Shown piece after piece: positions 63,753-64,000 of a stretch of DNA of 64,000 bases. Each line of letters begins with the position of its first letter. Within the stretch, counting starts at the first letter, position 1. The stretch spans positions 3,782,001 through 3,846,000 of the forward strand of contig NW_026889777.1 of assembly GCF_033153115.1 (NCBI RefSeq), given 5' to 3'. The notes below the pieces were generated by a model. It was not told where the DNA came from. It worked only from the letters and a program-made list of their open reading frames with translations, and made no database searches. The translations under genes and the position numbers were made by a program. The stretch is from Saccostrea echinata. Lineage: Eukaryota.

Positions 63753-64000
63753 GTTGCATGTGTCCTTGTGAACGTATGAAGAAACAGATCATCATAAAAA
63801 ACGATATGGAGTTAAAAACTAAAATTAACAAGATGAAAAAAGATCTAGCAATTAACAAAACAGAAGTAAACCAACACCTCCGCAAAAGAATATCTGCTTC
63901 TGATCCGCGACCTTCTGCGACAGTTATGGGAACGATATTAGGTCCGCTCCTTTTAACACTTTTTATTGGGGCCATCGTAATAAGCGATATCACAACGATG
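63753..64000 (+). CDS. Multi-CTLD receptor exon: CxCPC, coiled coil, SASDPRPSA motif, transmembrane helix (runs off the window)
   Basis: CMCPCERMKKQIIIKNDMELKTKINKMKKDLAINKTEVNQHLRKRISASDPRPSATVMGTILGPLLLTLFIGAIVISD; tttag| acceptor in phase with the Sushi exon. Confidence 0.82.

Overview
Eukaryotic, AT-rich, intron-containing DNA. The repeat complement (Helentron-type HINEs with ~145-170 bp satellite cores, Deu/Nin-domain tRNA-SINEs, a TRIM) points to a bivalve, most likely an oyster (inference). Two + strand genes can be built exon by exon with consistent splice phases. (1) A complete 10-exon CDK12/13 orthologue (4740-16717, 1230 aa) with an RS domain, a PITAVRE kinase domain, an unusual DWG in place of DFG, and an SYG/RGG tail. 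It lies behind a probable bidirectional promoter, and its 6-kb intron 3 holds two paralogous box H/ACA snoRNA-like elements separated by a candidate poison exon. (2) A 3'-incomplete type-I membrane receptor gene (about 29504 to >64000): three C-type lectin domains, a Ser/Thr mucin stalk, a CCP/Sushi domain, a CxCPC/coiled-coil/'SASDPRPSA' juxtamembrane module and a TM helix. Its introns are filled with deeply nested transposons (up to six levels). Also present are a TRIM-like element whose LTRs contain a tRNA-like cassette, Penelope-like remnants, microsatellites and an assembly gap (47750-47884). All coordinates were read by eye and no searches were run.
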